Part shown: positions 62,682 through 64,000 of the stretch, one piece after another | Layout of the letters: each line of letters begins with the position of its first letter | Position numbering within the stretch: the first letter of the stretch is position 1 | DNA from: an uncultured Planctomycetia bacterium | GTDB lineage: Bacteria; Planctomycetota; Planctomycetia; Pirellulales; PALSA-1355 | DNA length: 64,000 nt | Assembly: GCA_963807715.1 (NCBI GenBank) | Contig: CAWECK010000001.1 | Location: 672,638-736,637, forward strand | Reading direction: 5' to 3' | Position numbers and translations under genes: made by a program | Notes under the pieces: model-generated | What the model was told of the DNA's origin: nothing | Database searches by the model: none | The model's input: only the letters and a program-made list of their open reading frames with translations

Positions 62682-63293
62682 TTAACCCGCAAGCCGTACG
62701 TCATAACTCCATTGAACGGTGCGCGTGCTGGTGCTAGTGTCCGCGCCGTCGCGAGCGGCTATGGCGATCTCGCCGGCGCGGCTGGCAGCATGCTTATCGA
62801 GCGGATGTGGCAAGAGCAAGCGCCATCGCTGGCCGGTTGTTTTCGCTTCGAGGAGCAGTTTCGGTAATACCTCGCCTGCGGCTGGCGTCCCGCCGTTCTT
62901 GGATTCCGCGATAATCGTGCCGCTGGCCCGGTAACGGCTGCCCAACCATTTCGGCTCTCCTGCCAGGCGGCACGCCACCTCGAACAGCAAACCGCTGGTC
63001 GCTGGATCGCACAGTACGCTAAGCGACCAATGGCTTTTGCCGGCGCGGCCAACCAACAAGGCCACGGTGCGGCCATCGGCACGAGGTTCCACATGGCACT
63101 CTTGCAGCGGCGGACTGGCTGGCCAGGCGTCGTCTGGCCGGCCTTCCACCGATTCCAGAAATGCCGGCGCTGCCCCGGTCGCTCGTGCGTCACCGGGGGC
63201 CAAATCCAGGCGATGGCCGTAACGATCTCCCTGCCACTGGAATACCAGTTGCAAGCGGCCGACCGGGATGAAAATCTGATCTTGGACAGGCAT
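62682..63293 (-). CDS. Hypothetical protein
   Basis: ORF 62682..63401. The likely start is ATG 63293 ('[31 protein letters not shown]...'). I recognise no motif. Coding is supported only by length and by GC-rich third-position usage similar to neighbouring genes. Confidence 0.4.
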   Translation of the reverse strand: MPVQDQIFIPVGRLQLVFQWQGDRYGHRLDLAPGDARATGAAPAFLESVEGRPDDAWPASPPLQECHVEPRADGRTVALLVGRAGKSHWSLSVLCDPATSGLLFEVACRLAGEPKWLGSRYRASGTIIAESKNGGTPAAGEVLPKLLLEAKTTGQRWRLLLPHPLDKHAASRAGEIAIAARDGADTSTSTRTVQWSYDVRLAG

Positions 63294-63474
63294 AGGGGAG
63301 CGGCAGTTCGAGAATTTCCGAGCACCGGGCGTAGGAGCGGGGATTTTCCGCCGCCGAGCGTTCGGCTCGACACGCTCTGGGCTAAGTGTAGCGGATGCCA
63401 AGAGGTGTTTCGACTGGCCGGCCTTCTGCTATGTTTCGTTGTCGCCCCTTATCCCCTGTGCTAGGGTCCTTCGC

Positions 63475-64000
63475 ATGACTGACCGCGCCGATCGCGCCTG
63501 GACATCCTTGAACCGCCAGATCGTAGCCTGCCAGCGCTGCCCGCGATTACTGGAATATTGCCGCCAGGTCGCCAGCGGGCGGCGCGCGGCGTATCGCGAT
63601 TGGACTTACTGGGGAAAGCCGGTGCCTAATTTCGGCGATCCGCGGGCCCGGCTGCTTATCGTGGGGCTCGCGCCGGCTGCTCACGGCGCGTAATCGGACC
63701 GGCCGGATGTTCACCGGCGATCGGAGCGGCGAGTGGCTCTATCGGGCGTTATACAAAGCCGGCTTTGCCAGCCAGGTGGAGTCGCACGCACGCAACGACT
63801 CGCTCGTGCTGAGGGATTTCGCGATCACGGCCGTCTGCCATTGCGCGCCGCCGGACAACAAGCCGCTTCCCGCGGAACAACAGAATTGCAGGGTCTGGCT
63901 GGAAAGCACCTTTTCCATGCTGCCGGCGCGCGTGGTGCTGGCGCTGGGCCAAATCGCCTGGCGCGCCGCGCTTGGCGAGGCGCGCGAGCGCGGTTGGCAT
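63475..64000 (+). CDS. Uracil-DNA glycosylase, family 5 (UDGb)-like, 4Fe-4S type. One inserted base (t at 63691) shifts the frame. The 3' end lies outside the window.
   Basis: '[11 protein letters not shown]' provides the Fe-S cysteines. '[13 protein letters not shown]' followed in the next frame by '[17 protein letters not shown]' reconstitutes the 'GLAPA.HGANRTGR.FTGD' motif of family-5 UDGs once the t at 63691 is removed. Confidence 0.7.

Noticed and set aside
1-64000. Search for tRNA, rRNA, tmRNA or riboswitch-like conserved elements
   Set aside because: I found no T-loop/acceptor-stem-like pattern (GGTTCGAATCC-type) in an intergenic context and no rRNA-like stretches. By-eye scanning cannot exclude small RNAs, so none is reported.

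Overview
GC-rich bacterial chromosomal segment. The gene content is typical of Planctomycetota, Pirellulales-like (inferred from gene families only): three DUF1501 genes, a DUF1552 + DUF1592/DUF1588 pair, a PVC-type heme-binding dehydrogenase, Tat-signal Gfo/Idh/MocA oxidoreductases, a sulfatase, and a receptor-like Ser/Thr kinase with FGE-sulfatase and LRR modules. I read about 36 protein genes and no rRNA, tRNA or CRISPR. Main blocks: (i) 1-3958, an adenylate-kinase-like gene and two Gfo/Idh/MocA genes. (ii) 4318-8962, a tandem duplication of a secreted protein made of three C1q/TNF-like domains; the second copy is split by an IS4-family element with an 11-bp target duplication. (iii) 8987-15310, esterase, transglutaminase-like protein and the DUF1552/DUF1592 pair. 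(iv) 15614-26185, a signalling island: binding protein translationally coupled to a hybrid kinase, XRE regulator, stand-alone receiver, CheB-CheR-PAS-kinase, LuxR regulator. (v) 26400-44922, DUF1501 genes, hydrolases, oxidoreductase, ceramidase-like gene, heme-dehydrogenase, polytopic membrane protein. (vi) 44936-50812, a giant modular Ser/Thr kinase locus. (vii) 51206-64000, glycan-related genes, an MDR oxidoreductase and a family-5 uracil-DNA glycosylase (3' partial). Two window-wide peculiarities stand out. About 21 of the 36 genes change reading frame at least once as assembled, and these breaks are strongly clustered. There are also several long perfect palindromic or tandem repeat elements in intergenic regions. 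The candidate I rate most novel is the triple C1q-like 'single-chain trimer' gene pair. All function calls come from motif recognition by eye; no database search was possible.
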